Positions 24,936 through 37,860 of a stretch of DNA of 64,000 nucleotides are shown here, in pieces. The DNA is from the human T2T-CHM13v2.0 reference genome, Homo sapiens. Location of the stretch: the NCBI RefSeq assembly GCF_009914755.1, contig NC_060932.1; one strand, 5' to 3'. Under the pieces are notes generated by a model that was not told the DNA's origin, ran no database searches, and worked only from the letters and a program-made list of their open reading frames with translations. The position numbers were made by a program, and so were the translations under genes. Each line of letters begins with the position of its first letter. The stretch's first letter is position 1.

Positions 24936-27239
24936 AGCACCCTCCCCACTGGTCCACTGCTTGGGCTCACCACTCCCTCCCGGGCTGGCTGGAGGGGCCT
25001 CCACAGAGACCCTCCCCAGCAGGAGTGGGAGGAACTTCGGCACGTGCACACCGGGCCCTGTCTCTTTGCTTCCCCTTCCCTGTCCCTGGCTTTGGTCATG
25101 GAGTGACCTCACCCTCTGCGCAGGCCCTTTCCACCAGCAGGAAGCACGGCAGCACTGGACTAGCCCTGGCTCGGAAATTCCCACACAGAGCAGAGGTTTC
25201 TCTCCCCGTGTCCAAATCTCACTCCCAAGAAAGGGCTCTGATTGGCTCTAACAGGAGCACCTGCCGCTCTGGGCCCATGGTGTCCCTGGGGTCCCACTGG
25301 GGCCTGGGAAAGTCCAGGCCGTGGCATGTGCCCACCCTCCAGGGTAGAAGCACGAGGCCCATGAGCAGCAGAAGGCAGGTGAGAAAGCCGCTGGGCAGAG
25401 CCCAGGCATTGCATCCACAGCCCAAAGTCTGCATCAACGCAAGGGCTCGGCGAGAGGGGAATGCATGGGGCAGAGGGAGGCCCGAAGTGGCAGGACAGCC
25501 CAGGCTGGAGGCAGACGCGCCTGCGGGCTTGGGTGGGGGCTGGAGGAACTGCAGCTTCAGCACAGGTGGACTTGGCTAAGGAGGTCCCAGATGGGCTTGA
25601 AGGGGCGCCAGCTCACGTAGCCCACCTACGGGACAAGCAGGCCTCAGTGCTCTCCTTCCCTGGAAGCTCAGGAAGCTGAAAGCTGGCCCTCCAATTAACA
25701 GCTATCAATCTGACTGTGCCTGCTGCAGTCCCCTGAAAGATCCCTCCGTGGCACTAATTGCTGGGACCTGATGTGTCTAAACACTGCACTTGAGGCCCAA
25801 GGGCCCTGCATAGCTATTAAATTGCCTGCGGGGCCAGGGGTCGGCTTGACAAATGGTGGCACGTGCTTTGTCAGCAGCCACACTGGGGTCTGGGCAAGGC
25901 GGGGGCTGCAGGGAGGGTGGGAGAGGAGACCGCTTGCAATGATGAGGGGCATCACAGGGCGCGGGGAGAGCAGCTGCCCCACGTGGAAGCAGCAATCCCA
26001 GCTAATTCCGCGGCACTCAGCCCAGACGCGTCCTGTCAACATGTCTCCAGTCACTTTGCCAAACAAACGAAACGTCCCTTCTTGTCCTGGAAAATGAGAT
26101 TTTCCCTTCACGAAGCCAGCCAGGCTGGCTTGGAGCCAAGATGTCTCCCTTAACCCCACATGCAGCGCCCAGTCTTGAGGTCCACAGAGACCCAAGCATG
26201 AAGATTTTCTCATCCCCCAGGTGGCAGGAGGGAGAGTTGGTGGAGTAAAAACCTTCACACAAGGACCCTGCTCCCTGTCCCAGCCGACTCTGCGTCTGTC
26301 GCCTGCCATTGCAGGTGACCCAGAGACGTCACTGGAAGGACTTGAGGCTCAGGGCTGCTCCATGTTCTCAGAAAAGCCAGCGTCTGCAAAGGGATGTCCT
26401 CCTGGACAGGGGCCAGCTTCCCAACGCTGCTGCCGACCGTGGCTGCCCTGCAGAAGAGGTAGGTAGGTGAGGCCTGCCAGCATCACCGCAGCACTCTCAG
26501 GCTCTGTCCCGAACCTCAGATCTTGCAGGGAGGCTGGACCAGCAGGTCACAGGCCCCGGCATCCGCGGGCTGGAGGCTAAGGTGGGAGCCCAGCTCTGGA
26601 CACAGCTGAGCCTGTGGTGGCTGCCCCTCTCTGCCTTGGTTTCCTCACCTGCTCAGCAAAAGCGTAGCTAAGGTGCCCCGGTAAGTGTGTGCTAAGCTCT
26701 CACCAGGTACCCAGCAGCATTAACAACTGATTCCAGAATCCAGATGCTGAGGTCAGAGGAGGAGTGAGGCAGAGAAAGGGTGACTTGGTGAATGTTTTCA
26801 CCCTGTCCCTGAGGGCGGCCGGAGAGACAGCTGGGCCAGAGGAGGAGCGAGACAGGGAAGGAGCCAGTTGGTCAGGAGAGTTTGCTGTCAGAGAGAGCTG
26901 GGCTGGTGGGTGTCCAAGCTCAGGGCTGCAGTCGGCATCCGCGGCCTGGCCCCACTCACCCTAGGACCCAGGCTGACACCCTCGGTTCCTCTAGGCAATG
27001 GGCACAATACACCTCGCTCCAGAGCTGCGTGATGGCAAACTCGAGTCCGGCCAGAAAGGGACTCCACATGCGTGTGTCCTGCCCCTGCTCCACCGTGCTT
27101 TTTCTGTGGCCTGGAGAAGCCTCTGGGACAGAGATCCCTGCAGACTCTCCCCCTCCCTGCCCCCAATGCCGAAGGCCACCCCATGCAATGCGCCCAGGCA
27201 GTGGACAGCTCCATGCCTGCAGTGAACCACTCTAGACGA

Positions 27240-27560
27240 TGGCTGGGATTCAGACCCAGATGACAAGGCCGATCAGGAAGACAAGGGTCACACCTTTCAA
27301 TGGATTGAGGCCCGGCACACAGGAAGCGTGGCACAAATGTTCCCACACCACTGCACGCACACGACCAAGGTGTCATCTCAGGAGTACACTTAACGCAGCA
27401 GAAATGCCCCATGGAGGTGAGCTCCAGCAGGCAGGAGTTCTATCTGCTTTGTGTAGCCGGAAGACCAGACGCCCCACAGCAGGAGCAAACACCCGGGTGC
27501 AGGAGTGAAAGGCGGAACTACGATGCACACAGCTTTGCAGGCACACAGCACCTCAGACAC
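27240..27560 (+). mobile_element. Decayed L1M 3' fragment
   Basis: ggcacaaatgttcccacaccactgc...gaaatgccccatggagg resembles the L1M 3' end. Confidence 0.45.
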
Positions 27561-28014
27561 GCACACAGCTGCGCGTGCACACTCACCCTGGGACAGGCGT
27601 GCTCGCAGGGGCTCCCAGCCGGCAGTGTGCTCCTCCCCATTGCCGGACTACTTTCACCAGCCATGGGCACACAGGGAGAGATCTAGGGAGAATAACTGTG
27701 AGGTTTTATGGGGCTTTTCCTTTGTATTAAAAAATCACTTGTATGGGATTAAGCCGCACTTTTGCCAGCCTTCACATTTGCAGGTAATGGGGTAATTCCA
27801 TCTGTGACCTATGACTGCCCATGGTCACCGGGCCTAAGGAGTCCTCGAGAGAAGCTCCCTGCGTGGCCCTGAGCCACTCCCACCAAGCACACGGCACAAA
27901 AGACCCATGGCCACAGTGGGAGTCTGAGGATGGTGCCCGGGCCGGGGAATGGAGGGTGTCCACCTGAGGGCTGGGGCCAGGCCAGGACCCTCAAAGGCCG
28001 GGAAGGGAGACAGG

Positions 28015-28444
28015 GAGTTGAATGGTGTCTCCCCAAACTCCTGACCACCGGAGCCTCAGATGGGACCGTATTTGGAAATAGGGTTTTTGCAGATGTGATG
28101 AAGGAAGGCATCCCATGGCAAATCATCCTGGATGGGGGAGGCCCTAATTCCAGTCACTGTAAACTTATAAGAAATTAGGGAGACTGCAGACACACAGGAA
28201 GGTGACCTCGTGCAATGGAAGCAGAGATTGGAGTGAGGTGATCATGAGCAAGGAAGGCCTGGGACCACTGTAAACTGGAGGAGTAAGGACAAGCCCTCCC
28301 CTAGGGCCTTCAGAGGGAGAACAGGCCTGTTGGCACCTTGATTTTGGACATCTGGCCTCCAGTGCTGTGAGACCATCAGTTTCTGTTGTTTTAGGCCATC
28401 TGGTTCATGGTACCCCATGACAGCAGCCCTAAGTGACTAACACA
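28015..28444 (+). mobile_element. MaLR solo LTR (MLT1B/C-like)
   Basis: tatttggaaatagggtttttgcagatgt...caccttgattttggacatctggcctccag...acagcagccctaagtgactaacaca. Confidence 0.9.
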
Positions 28445-29207
28445 GGAGGACACCGGTGAAGTAGCCACAACCCAGGAAACCAGCATGGCCTGGAGCCTCC
28501 CCTAGAGCCCCTCCCCGCCGTAGCCCCTTTCTCAGCTCGGAGCATGCACAGCCTCCTTCTCCCCTCCTGCCCATCCATCAGGCTCCCTTCCACTTCCTCG
28601 GGGGCTGTTTGGAGGATCCAGCATTTGTGGAAAGGACAAAGAAGGCCTAGCTTGCTCGGGCAACATGCAAGATGGCCAGGTGTGGAGTGCTCATCCACAC
28701 ACCCCCTCACTGGGCACATCCAGCTCTCAGTAGTCTGCCCCAGACCCTTCCAGTAGCATCTCCTCTCAGCTGTGGTAATAGGTTACCTTCCGCCACACCA
28801 GACAATTTCCTGCTGCCTGAACAGGACCAGCTTTTCCCTCAGTCATGGCTGTTGCTGATCTCCACATCAGGGGCTCCTCCATGGGTCACCCCGCCCCACA
28901 ATATCCCCAATATCGGTCTTCATGTGCCCCATCCTCCCTGTGGCCCCATGACCCCGCCTTGCCAGGGCTCTCACTCTTCCAAATCGCTTGCCTTTAGTGT
29001 GAGCCAGGCCTGTGATTTGCTTTTTTTAAAAAAGGAAATTTAAATAAATTTTTTATTTGGGGATAATTGTAGATTCGCATGCAACTGTTAAGAGATAATA
29101 CAGAGAAATCTCACGTATCCTTTTCCTAGCTCCCCACAATGGTAGCATCTTACACAATTGTAGTGCAATATCACAAGGAGGACATTCACATGGAAACGGT
29201 CAAGATA

Positions 29208-30047
29208 CAGAATGACTCCACCACACCGAAGACCCCACAGAGCATCTCCATCACCATGAAGACCCCACAGAACATCCCCATCACTATGAAGACCCCACAG
29301 AGCATCCCCATCACCATGAAGACCCCACAGAACATCCCCATCACCATGAAGACCCCACAAAACATCCATATCACCATGAAGACCCCACAAAACATCTCCA
29401 TCACCGTGAAGACCCCACAGAGCATCTCCATCACCATGAAGACCCCACAGAGCATCTCCATAACCATGAAGACCACACAGGACATCCCCATCACCATGAA
29501 GACCCCACAGAGCATCCACATCACCATGAAGCCCCCACAGAACATCCACATCACCATGAAGACCCCACAGAGCATCTCCATCACCATGAAGACCCCACAG
29601 AGCATCTCCATCACCACGAAGACTGCACAGAACATCTCCATCATTGCAAAGACCCCAAAAGACATCTCCATCACCATGAAGACCCCACAGAGCATCTCCA
29701 TCACCATGAAGACCCCACAGAACATCCTCATCACCACGAAGACCCCACAAAACATATCCATCACCATGAAGACCCCACAGAACATCCCCATCACCATGAA
29801 GACCCCACAGAACATCCCCATCACCATGAAGACCCCACAGAGCATCTCCATCACCATGAAGACCCCACAGAGCATCCCCATCACCACGAAGACCCCACAG
29901 AACATCTCCATCACCACAAAGACCCCACAGAACATCCCCATCACCATGAAGACCCCACAGAACATCTCCATCACCACAAAGACCCTAAAGAACATTCCCA
30001 TCACCACAAAGATCCCACAGAAACTCTTCATTACTGTAAAGAATCCA
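29208..30047. repeat. 30-bp VNTR (CAGAACATCTCCATCACCATGAAGACCCCA), about 28 copies
   Basis: Exact 30-bp period with no indels; explains ORFs 29139-30101, 29186-30070 and 29088-29750. Confidence 0.98.
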
Positions 30048-31644
30048 TGTGTCACCCTTTGTAGCCACATTCACTTGTCTTCTGCCCCACCACCTCTTTA
30101 ACCCATGGAAACCACTAATCTGTTCTCTCTATCTCTACAGTTTTGTCATTTCAGTAATATGATATAATGGAATCATGCAGTATGGAATCCTCTGGGACTG
30201 GCTTTTTCCACCCAGCATTATCCTCTGGAGACTCACCCAGATTGTGGCATACAGCAGTAGCTTGTTTCTTTTCACTACTGAGTAGTCTTCCATGGTGTGG
30301 CAGTTTCTTTGATCAGTCACCCACTAAAGGACATCTGGATTTGTTTCCAGTTTTTGGCTCTTACAAATAAAGCTGCTATAAACATTTATGTACAGATTTT
30401 TGTGTCAACATAAGTCCTCATTTCTCTGAGATAAAAATCTAGGAGTATGATTGATGGGTTATGTGGTAGTTGAATGTTTACTCTTTAAAGAAACTGACAA
30501 ACTCTTTGCCAAGAGGCTGCACCATTTAAATTCCCACCAGGATTGTATGAGGAATCCAGTGACTGTGTAGTCTCCCCAGCATTTGGTGTGGTCACTATTT
30601 TTTATTTTAACTGTTCTGATAGGTGTGTAGTGATACCACATTGTGCTTTTAATATGCATTTCCATAACAGCTAGTTATGTTGAATATATTTTTATGTGCG
30701 TAATTGCCATCTGCATCTTCTTCAGTTAAATGTTTCTTTATGCTTTATCTATGGATTGCTTATTCGTTTTTACTGTTGAGTTTTGGCAGTTCTTTCTGTA
30801 TTCTAGACAAAAGTTCTTTCTTAGACAATGTAGTTTGCAAAAAGTTATCCCATTGAGTAGTTTGACTTTTCATTCTCTCAATAGGATCTTTTGCAAGGCA
30901 AAGTTTTAAATTTTGATGAAGTTGAGTTTACTAGTACTTTTCTTTAATCAGTCAAACCAATGTCAAGTCTAAATAACTCTTTGTCTAGTTCAGGATCAGA
31001 AGAATTTTCTCCTGTTTTTACTTAAAAGTTTTGTAGCTTTATGTTTCACATTTAAGCCTGTGATACATGTTGAGTTAATTTTTGTTTTGGGTTGAGGTTT
31101 ACTTTTTTTGTGAGACTCATCTTAGGTTGAGGTTTACTTTTTTGCCTTATGATATTCACTTGCTTCAGAACAATTTTCTAAAAAATCTATCCTTCCTCCA
31201 TTGAATTGTTTTTGTACTTTTGTCAAAAATTAGTTGGGCTTATTTTCGTAGGTATATTTCTAAGTTCTCTGTTCTGTTCCACTGAGCATTGTGGTCTGTC
31301 CCTCTACCAATAAAACACAGTCTTGATTACTGTAGCTATACAATAAGTCTTGAAATTGGGTAGACTGAGTCTTCCCACTTTGTTCTTTATCAAAATTGTT
31401 TTAGCTATGCTAATTCCTTTGCCTTTCCACATAAATTTTAGAATAATCTTGTCTATTTTTAAAAAATATTTGCTGAGATTCTAATACAAATTGTATTAAA
31501 CCTGTATACCAATTGAGGGAGAGTTGACATTTTTACTATGTAGAGTCTTCCAATCCATGAACATGGTATGCCTCTCTGGTTATTTATATTTTCTTTTATT
31601 TCTTTCATCAGATTGTGTTGTTTTCATCTACAAATTTGGTTATA

Positions 31645-31839
31645 CTTTGTTATATTTACACCTAAGTATTTTATTTTTAAGTTATTGTATGACATTATAT
31701 TTTTAATGTAGGGTTCTAAGCATTTATGGATAATATACAGGTGTAATATATTTTACAACTAAGTATTTTATTTTTAGGTTATTGTACATGACATTATATT
31801 TTTAATGTAGGGTTCTAAGCATTCATGGATAATATACAG
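31645..31839. repeat. About 97-bp tandem duplication inside L1
   Basis: ctaagtattttattttta.gttattgta...agggttctaagcatt.atggataatatacag twice. Confidence 0.9.
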
Positions 31840-33088
31840 AAATTCAATTGATTTTTGTATAACCTTATATCTTGAAGCTTTCTGAATTCATTAGTTCTAG
31901 GAATTTTTTGTAAATTTCTTTGGCTTTTCATGTCTTCTGCAAATAGGGTCAGTTTTATTTCTTTCTTTCTAGTTTGTGTGACTTTTATCACCTTTCCTTT
32001 CTTCAGTGCACTAGCTGGAACTTCCAGCACTGTGTTGAGTGAAAGTAATAGGAACAGACATCCTTACCTTGTTACCAATCTTAGGGGGAAATCATTCCAT
32101 ATTTACCATTAAGTTAATGTTAGTTGTAGCTTTTAATTGGTATTTCTTTTCAAGTTGAGGAAGTCCTCCTCTATTCCTATTTTTCTGAGTTTTTGTCTTG
32201 AATGGATATTGAATTTTGTCAAGTGACTTTTTGCATTTGTTGATATGATCTTTTTCTGTAGCATCCTTACCTTGTTAATACAATGGATTACAGTGAACCA
32301 GCCTTGCATCCCTGCAATAAAACTCTCTTTGTCATGGTTTATAATATTTTTTTCAGATATTGCTCAATTCCGTTAGCTAATATGTCATTAAGGAATTTTG
32401 GATCTATATTTATAAGAAATATTGGCCTGTATTTTTCTCTTTTTTGTACTACATTTGTGGATGTGGTAAAAACAGCATTAAAAAATGAATTAGTAAGTGT
32501 TCCCTTCTCTATTATTTTGTGGAATAGATTGTGTAGTATTGGCATTAATTCTACTTTAAACATTTGGTGAAATTCTCTAGTGAAACTATTTCAGACTATA
32601 TATGTCTTTTGGGGGCAGATTTTCAATTATGAATTTAATTCCCTTAATACTTATAGGGCTATTTAAATTATTTATTTCATATACAGTGACTTCTGATAGT
32701 TTGTGGTTTTGAAGGAATTGATCCATTTCATATAAGCTGTTAAATTTATGTATGTAGAGTTGTTTGTAGTGTTTTGATGACTGCAAGATCTGTTGTGTAT
32801 CCTATTTTATTTCTGATATTGGTGACTTATACCTTCTCTTTTTTCTTTATCAATCTTGTTAGGTTTTTGTCATTTTTATTGACCTTTTCAAAGAAATAGA
32901 TCATTCTTTTATTTATTTATTTTATCTATGTTTTTCTGTTTTCAATGTAATGGACTTTGGCTCTTGTCTTTAGTATTTCCTTCTTTCTTGTTTTGGGTTT
33001 ATTTTGCTCTTAATTTTTTTAGGTTTCTGAACTAGAAGCTTAGATTATTTATTTGAAACTTTTAACCTCTTCTAATGTATGTATTTAG

Positions 33089-33113
33089 TGCCATATATAT
33101 ATATATATATGGC

Positions 33114-33144
<31 letters not shown>

Positions 33145-33148
33145 TATA
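33089..33148. repeat. (AT)n/(TG)n microsatellite including a 26-bp perfect palindrome
   Basis: tgcc(at)9ggca at 33089-33114. Confidence 0.9.
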
Positions 33149-33317
33149 ATTCCTCTCAGTACTGCTTTATCTGTATCCATGAATTTGGAAGTGTTATATT
33201 TTTATTTTGATTTAGTTCAATGTATGTTTTTTATTTTCGTTGAGACTCTGTCTTTCTCTGTCTTCCTCTTTGCCCAAATAGATTATTTAGAAGTGTACTT
33301 TTTAGTTTTCTGGAGTT

Positions 33318-34131
33318 TGCCCTTTGGGTGTCAACAAAATACTCACTTTAAATATAATGGTATACAGTGGTTGAACATTTTTAAAAATGAAAAATAATAT
33401 CCCATGTAAACACCGAAAAAAAGAAATTGATTGGCTGTATTAATAATAGATAAAGCAAACTTCACAGCAAATAAATTTGCCAAGGAAAGAGAGGAACATC
33501 ACAAAGATTTTCTCATTATCTTCCTGTTACTGATTTCTAGTTCAATTCCATTGTAGTTAGAGAACACACTCTGCTTGATTTTGATTCTTTTAAATTTGTT
33601 GAGGCTTGTTATATGGCTCAAGATACGGTCTACCTAAATATATGTTTATGACCACTTGAAAAGAAGATGCTTTTTGCTACTTGTTAGTGAAGTCTTTTGT
33701 AAAGCTTGATTAGATCCTGCTGGTTGATGATGTTGGTGAGTTCTACATTCCTGCTGATTTTATGTCTAGTTGTTCTACCTAACTGTTGAGGGAGAGGAGT
33801 TGAAGTTGCCAACTATAATTATGGATTTATCCATTTCTCTTTCAACTCTATCAGTTTTTGCTTCACATTTTGCAACTTTATTGTTTGGTACATACACATT
33901 TAGGATTGCTATATCTTCTTGGTGGATTGACCACTTTATCATAATGTGATGTTCCTCTCTTTCCTTGGCAAATTTATTTGCTGTGAAGTTTGCTTTATCT
34001 ATTATTAATACAGCCAATCAATTTCTTTTTTTCGGTGTTTCATTGGATATTATTTTTCATTTTTAAAAATGTTCAACCACTGTATACCATTATATTTAAA
34101 GTGAGTTTTTTTTGTTGACACCCAAAGGGCA
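33318..34131. repeat. Inverted repeat: arms 33318-33503 and 33945-34131, about 440-bp spacer
   Basis: Arms are reverse complements with about 4-5 differences; the ORF track shows the peptide THFKYNGIQWLNIFKNEK on both strands. Confidence 0.97.
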
Positions 34132-34864
34132 GGCCTTCTGTTGCTGCTGGAAAAGGATGAGAACTCTAGCTTCTCCCATGGTCTCCCTTCCACCACAGTG
34201 GGTGATGGTGAGCACATGACTCTCCACGAGGCCTCCTCAGATCCCACTCCAGCAGGGAAAGCAAGGGGCACCTCATTATTGCCATGTGGGAATGGAAGCC
34301 CAGGCTTTCCCTGTGGTCTCCACTGATACTGCTGGAGGCCTCATTACTGCTAGTGGGAGTCAAAGTCCCACTTCTTTAACACCACCCTGATGAGGGTGTT
34401 GGATGCCTCATTACAGTCTCCCATGGGCAGAAATCTAGGTCCCCCACTCAGTCTTTGCTGATGAGATTAAGCGTGGGGCTACAGTTTTTCTTTGGCATTT
34501 GGCTGAAGTAGAACTACTATTATCTACACATTTTCTGTCTTGTGAACCGCCTTTTTCCTGGTCATTTGGCTAAAGAGAAAAAGCTTTTGTTGAGCCTCAT
34601 CTGTGCTTGCTGGTCCCTGCAGTTTGCCAGCTTATGCAACTCCAAGTCTGGGACATATAAGGCCAAATGGAAACCCTACAAACACATCGCTGAATCCTTC
34701 CTCAGGTCCTGAGGTCCCTGGGTGTTCCACCTTCTTCCCTCAACCTTTCAGGGCATTCTGATGCTTGTTTTATATATCATGTTCAGATTGTTAGCTGTAC
34801 TTAATGGGAGAAATAGGGAAATGTACGTCAACTCCATCTTCTCTGAAGCAGAAGTCCACTTGCT

Positions 34865-35660
34865 TTTGACAATAGAGTAGAACAAAGGTGATGCTGTCAC
34901 TCCCACGAATATATTATGTTAGATTAGACTCCGTCATGCTAGCAGGCTGTCTCTGGAGACTCTCTTTGATGGCTTGATAAAGTGAGCAGCCATGCTGCGG
35001 ACTTCACATGTTAAGAAGCTGTGGGTGGCTTCTAGTTAATGGTCAGTAAGAAGCTGCAGTCATTGGTCCTGTAACCGCGAAGAAATAAATTTTACCAACA
35101 ACCTGAGTACATTTGAAAGTGGATTCTTCCCAGTTGAGCCTTCAGATGAGAACACAGTCCCAGAAGACACCTTGAGTGTGGCCTTGTGAGACCTTGAGCA
35201 GAAGACCCAGCCCCCCTGTGCCTGGACTTCTGATCCACAGTGCAATGGACGGTGTCCCCATAAAATGTATATGTTGAAATCCTAACCTCCGTTGTAATAG
35301 TATTTGGGGGTGGCACCTTTGGAAGGTCATTAGGTCATGAGGGTGGAACTCATGCAAATGGGACTAGGACCCATCTAAGGAGAGGCCCCAGAGAGCTAGC
35401 TCACTCTCTGTCTGCCATGTGAAATTCAAGGAGAAGTGAGCCAGCAGCAACTGGAAGAGGCCCTCACCAGAGTCCAACCTGGCTGCCTCCCTGATCTTGG
35501 ACTCCCAGCCTCCAGAAGTATGGGGTAGGAACTTCTGTTGTTAATGAGCCACCCAGACTGAGGTATTTTGTGATAGCAGCCCGAGGTGACAAGACACAGT
35601 AACTGTGACTTAATAATGAGTGTGGTTTTAACACGCCAGGTTCATGAAGATGTGTTGTGC
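34865..35660 (+). mobile_element. Older MLT1 LTR interrupted by a younger MaLR LTR (about 35241-35597)
   Basis: cccagttgagccttcagatgagaacacag...acttctgatccacag | tgcaatgg...atgttgaaatcctaacctcc...agcagcccgaggtgacaagaca | gtaactgtga... resumes. Confidence 0.8.
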
Positions 35661-36419
35661 AGCAATGGACAGTCAATATTCTCCCCATTCCCAAAGTCCC
35701 TACATGGCCCTGCTTCCACAGCCCCTGCCATGTTAGGGATTCCCTTCCTGGCTCCACTGTGCACTTGCTGTCACCTGGCCCCTCTCACCAGCTCCAGCCA
35801 CGCTCTCACTGACGTCGCCTCCCTGGGTGAACCTGAAGTTTGCCCAGGGCAGGGATTGGAGTTCCACCACCCCAGCATCCTGGGCAGAACCCCTGTGGGG
35901 CCCGTAGACCCTGGACATGTGGGTATTGGGTGTTCAGGCCCCTGCCAGGGGAAAAAGTGAATTCAGTCCACTGTGTTCATAGTTGGGAGCCAGCCTGTGC
36001 ATGCGGAGGAGACTGTGGCACCAGCTAGTGCAAACGACTGTACACACCCACCTCTGATGCCACCCTGGCCAATGCTGAAGAACAGGGATGGGAAGACAGG
36101 GGCCAGATCTGAATGTTGACCAATGGACATCACACTGAGGGATGGCAGGAAGGGGCCCGGCATGAGCAGAGGCAGAGAGGCATGGCCAGGGAGGCTATGT
36201 TGGGAGAGGCAGGCTCACAGAGAGGCCCATTTTCCACCCCCGCTGGGCTCCTGCAAGGCACTGTTCTCCCTGGGTGGCACCACGAGCCACCCTCCCTGCC
36301 TCCCTCCCAGCATGATGTTCAGGTGGCAGCCCACTTGTTCTACTCCACGGCTCGTCCCAAGCCACACTGGAGCCTCCAACAACCCCAGCTGACTCACCTC
36401 CTCTGTATCTCTCAGATAG

Positions 36420-36935
36420 GCACCTTCTGTTGCTCCCACTGCCCCCACCCTCATCTCCTCTCAGCCCTTGCAACAGCCCCACCTCTGTTTGCATCCAATT
36501 CTCCACTCAGCCAGAGGTGCCTCAAAAGGCAGACTAATCACATCCCTGTCTCCTGCCTAAAACCTTCCATGACTCCCCTGTCCTTCAGGGTGAAGTCTGT
36601 GCTCTTGGTTAACCACAGGCTCTTTGAGGCCTGGTCCCAGATAGCTTCCCACCCTCCGAGGTCTTCTGCCCACCATGTTCCTCCTCTCTGGACCACGGGG
36701 TGTTCTCTGAGCCCAAAGCGCTCCCTTCCCCTCCAGACCAACCTTCAGCTGAGCTCACCTCCTGCCTGCACTTGCTCTCCCACCCTGATCAGGCTTCAGT
36801 CTCAGGCTTTCCTGCCACCCCTCCCCAGCCTAGGGAGGGGCCCTCTTCTGTACAGCGCCTGTCACCTGGCCCTGTAACTTCCTGATTTCCTGTGTACCTG
36901 TCTGTCTTCTCCCCAGCTAGAAGTCTGGAGCTTCT
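36420..36935 (+). mobile_element. L2 fragment
   Basis: cagccagagg...ctcctgcctaaaaccttccatgactccc...ctgtcttctccccagctagaag. Confidence 0.65.
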
Positions 36936-36959
36936 AGCGGGAGAGGCTCAGGAAGTGGC

Positions 36960-37016
36960 TGTGTGTGCATGTGTGTGTGTGTGACAGAGAGAGAGAGGGA
37001 GAGAGAGAGAAAGAGA
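36960..37016. repeat. (TG)n(GA)n compound microsatellite
   Basis: Read directly. Confidence 0.9.
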
Positions 37017-37029
37017 GTCAGTGAACAAG

Positions 37030-37278
37030 AGATGGGAGTGGGAGTGCGGGGAGGAGATGCAGCGTTCATGTCTAATGAGCACAGCTTCCGTCTGGGAAGA
37101 TGCCATGGTCTTGTGGAATGGATGGTCATGATGGCTGCACAACCAGGTGAGTGATCTTAATGTCACGCAACTGTGCACTTGAATATGGTTAGATGGTAAA
37201 TTGCACATTACTGTGTGTATTTTACCACAACACATTTTTTAATTATAATGAAATAAAAGCATAAAAAGAAAAAGAAAA
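37030..37278 (+). mobile_element. L1MB-like 3' end
   Basis: atgatggctgcacaac...actgtgcacttgaatatggttagatggtaaatt...ttttaccacaa and A-rich tail. Confidence 0.8.
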
Positions 37279-37764
37279 GGCTTTAAAAGGTGTATATCAT
37301 TGTGCTCATTAATTCTGCCTATAGAAATCTATCCTGAAAAAAAAAATCATTTTTTAGATTAGGCTGATGTACAAATATGCTCAAAGAAACAATATTTACA
37401 CTAGAGAAGACAGAAAGGATATGTTTATTCAACAGAGGAAGTGGTTAAATAAATTATAACTCACATATCCTGGAGTATTTCTAACTCTTTAGAGTGATGC
37501 TTATGAAAATGGTATGAACATCAATATTTTCTTATAATAATCACTGAGAAAGGTAGGAACCAAATTTTAAATATAACCACTAGTTAAAAAATATCTATGC
37601 TTGGGAAATAAAATAGTAGTTAAAACATCTGAATTTAACAGCTTGTATTTGGAAGATTTTATTTTTATTTTTATATTCTTTATGAGTTTTTTAATACTTA
37701 CAAAGTGAAAATTAATATTATTTTAAAGGACAATTTAAAAACCAATTTCAAAGGTAGTAAAAAC

Positions 37765-37860
37765 AAGAAAGAGGAGAAGGAGGAGGAGAGAAAGGAGGAG
37801 GCGAGGAAGGGGAAGAAGGAAGAGGGAGAGGGGAAGAGGGGGAGGGGGAAGAAAGCGAGG
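37765..37860. repeat. Polypurine GA-rich tract
   Basis: gaggagaaggaggaggagagaaagg...ggggaggggg. Confidence 0.9.

Larger units (their letters stand above)
29040..34857 (-). mobile_element. Internally deleted ancient L1 (L1MC-like) keeping its 3' end, ORF2 remnants and 5' end
   Basis: T-rich strand; 3' end gataattgtagattcgcatgcaactg; ORF2 remnants (ORF 32339-32563 EKGTLTNSF...KYRPIFLINIDPKFLNDILANGI); 5' end ccatcttctctgaagcagaagtc. Confidence 0.9.

Noticed and set aside
29088-30101. 220-320 aa ORFs on both strands
   Set aside because: Products of a stop-free 30-bp VNTR inside an L1; no independent gene evidence.
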